From positions 1,674,001 to 1,738,000 of the forward strand of contig NW_026250405.1 of assembly GCF_024521635.1 (NCBI RefSeq): a stretch of 64,000 nt of DNA, read 5' to 3'. Shown one piece after another: positions 62,839-64,000 of the stretch. The DNA is from Tricharina praecox (taxonomy: Eukaryota). The translations under genes and the position numbers were made by a program. The notes under the pieces are model-generated. The model saw only the letters and a program-made list of their open reading frames with translations, was not told the origin of the DNA and did no database searches. Numbering within the stretch: the first letter of the stretch is position 1; the number at the start of each line of letters is the position of its first letter.

Positions 62839-64000
62839 ATGAGTTCGGCCGGATGCCCCGCTACTGTGCGCAAAGCCGTGTGGTCAGCAGAATCTGTGAA
62901 GGCCATACTGGAGGCGGCGGAATTTAGACGGGGCGGTGGTGGTTTGGAGCACTCGGAGAAGCCACGGCAGCCCGGGGAGTGGGTGCCCGAAGCACTGGTT
63001 GCGAGTACGCAGTGGACACCGATGCCGGCGGAGACGCGCTCCAAGGGGTTGGCTGGGAGGTGGACGGACGAATCGACGACGGACAAGGTGCCAGAATCGG
63101 GGCTTGCCGTACAGGGCGGCGATATCGGCCGGGAGCAAAGAGTCTATCGATGCGCCGACTGCGACAGAGGCTTTCGGGACAACACCACACTGGTCGTTGG
63201 TGCCGCCGGGCACCGCGCACCCCGAACGACCGAGGCGCAGACGACCGCCACCACTGCCGCCGACTTCGATATCCTCGAGGAAGTCATGCATGGTGGGGGT
63301 GACCTGATCGTCGAGACAGCAACCGAAGATGGCAAGAAGCTTGGATACCGCGTGGGATCCCAGATACTTTGCGCAGCATCACCGGTCTTTCGCGCGATGC
63401 TAGGGTGTGGGACGTTGCCTGAGGAGGCCGTTAATGTCCGACAGCCTGCGGCTATCGGCGAACTCCTACCAGCCGTAATCAAGTTGGAGGGCGACGTCGA
63501 GGCACTTGGACGGGTGTTGAGGGTGCTGCACTACCGCTACGACCTGACAAACGAGGATATCAGCTTCACGCAGTTTGTCAAAATCGCCGAGATCTGTCAT
63601 AGGTACGAACTGCGTGGGCCGTTACAGCCATTGGCGGATAGCCTTACGGAGTCGCCGGACCTACAGCACAATGTGGGGGAAATCGGATATGAGGATTGTG
63701 TACTGGTCTCTTATGTGTTCGGATACGAAGAGCTCTTTGCAAATTCCACTGTGCACGATGTGATTATGCGGCGGTCCAACGAAGGATTGCTTTCTGATCA
63801 GAACCGACGACTCTCTGCCAGTACCCCTTCCGGTGTAATTGGTGAGATCTAGTTCGCCAGCAGCCAATCCCTGAGAGCAGAAGTTCGCTGACGTGACCGG
63901 AATAGAACAATTAAAGTTTGAGCTTCATGCCCGGTTGAATGCCCCCTAGACGCACATTAAAGCTCTCAAAACCGCATGGAGTAACCAGAGCTTAGTTATA
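62839..64000 (+). CDS. BTB/POZ-like paralog 3; exon 62839-63841, intron 63842-63905, exon 2 with in-frame TAG at 63947-63949; homology runs off the window end
   Basis: Same BTB-like motifs and intron position. After the TAG the frame continues THIKALKTAWS, matching THIESIQTEWS and TQIKTLQTEWG in the paralogs. Confidence 0.7.

Overview
Eukaryotic genomic DNA from a filamentous ascomycete: short GT-AG introns with CTRAC branch sites, and protein similarity suggesting Pezizomycotina, possibly Pezizomycetes (inference). Recognisable genes: Mediator subunit Med5/Nut1 (1299-4403), a Sak1/Ssp1-like CaMKK-family kinase (23661-27273), eIF3 subunit b/Prt1 (30589-33003), a conserved fungal protein (36152-37009), NADP-glutamate dehydrogenase (53703-55210) and an intron-containing tRNA-Lys(UUU) (56872-56958). 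Uncharacterised genes include a 3-exon orphan, a type-I membrane protein, a small coiled-coil protein, a doubly frameshifted small secreted-protein gene, and a cluster of three paralogous C2H2+BTB/POZ-like genes (one intact, one frameshifted, one with an in-frame TAG). Mobile DNA: an internally deleted Ty1/copia LTR element with half-tRNAiMet PBS, PPT and near-perfect TSD, a related solo LTR, a MITE-like element and two small dispersed repeat families. About 11.7 kb upstream of the kinase is gene-free and microsatellite-rich. The most unusual signals are a recurrent TA-to-TA-NN-TA insertion signature seen across several independent repeat alignments, a candidate A-to-I-editable premature UAG, and a repeat that supplies the C-terminus of a membrane protein. 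All gene models and alignments were made by eye; no database search was run.
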